Shown here in pieces: positions 63,820-64,000 of a DNA stretch of 64,000 bases. The stretch's first letter is position 1, and each line of letters starts with the position of its first letter. The notes under the pieces were generated by a model. The model saw only the letters and a program-made list of their open reading frames with translations. It was not told the origin of the DNA and made no database searches. Source of the DNA: Nitrospinaceae bacterium (lineage in GTDB: Bacteria > Nitrospinota > Nitrospinia > Nitrospinales > Nitrospinaceae); the NCBI GenBank assembly GCA_965223665.1, contig OZ245011.1, positions 2,912,001-2,976,000 on the forward strand, read 5' to 3'. Made by a program: the position numbers and the translations under genes.

Positions 63820-64000
63820 TTAATTCATCACCGGACCCATGAGGACAATGAATTCCTTCAAAATCTCAACATCAAAACTGGATCGAAATTCCTGGGTCAT
63901 CAAAGTAAAAGCTTCAATGGGAACCATTCCCTTACGGTGAGGCCGGGGTGAAGTCAGGGCATCATAAACGTCCATGATTTTCACGATTCTAGCTAAATAG
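63820..64000 (-). CDS. C-terminus of HD-GYP domain protein (partial, runs off window)
   Basis: Minus frame reads ARIVKIMDVYDALTSPRPHRKG...FD...F..L*. Confidence 0.85.
   Translation of the reverse strand, partial: YLARIVKIMDVYDALTSPRPHRKGMVPIEAFTLMTQEFRSSFDVEILKEFIVLMGPVMN

Noticed and set aside
60800-64000. Apparent rise in GC content suggesting an island at the right end
   Set aside because: Visual impression only, not computed; no mobility genes or boundaries seen, and the GAF domain and operator are shared with the 33-kb locus.

Overview
This is a low-GC bacterial chromosome segment containing the replication origin region. The gene content and protein style suggest a Nitrospinota-like lineage, but this is inference only. 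Left arm (mostly minus strand): dnaA-oriC-gyrB-gyrA-TPR-serS, a dispersed tRNA cluster (Ser x3, Arg-GCG) interleaved with accessory genes, then ffs-dnaX-ybaB-recR-tRNA-Asn and a CarH-like regulator. Middle: a lone etfB, NfnAB divergent from a group 3b [NiFe]-hydrogenase operon, two-component genes, sodC, a tetraheme cytochrome c, CoADR-rhodanese, purM, an SSS transporter and gdhA. Right: etfA-rsmG-parS-parA-parB-bactofilin-rsmI, then a three-gene module that I cannot match to any described system. The module encodes an enlarged MinD/ParA-like ATPase, a bactofilin and a single-pass L,D-transpeptidase. The last two begin with the same unannotated ~64-aa domain (27/64 identical, ungapped). This is the top finding: a candidate ATPase-positioned cytoskeletal cell-wall remodelling system. 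Other highlights: a B. subtilis-like DnaA-trio unwinding element with no dnaN/recF after dnaA; tRNA-Arg(GCG) with no tadA at its usual syntenic site; an A9 slippery site in dnaX; a shared NarL-type operator architecture at two distant promoters; twin Cys/His-rich GAF sensors; an unannotated 53-aa membrane ORF; and a 69-bp tandem repeat beside parS. No CRISPR array, rRNA, integrase or transposase was seen.
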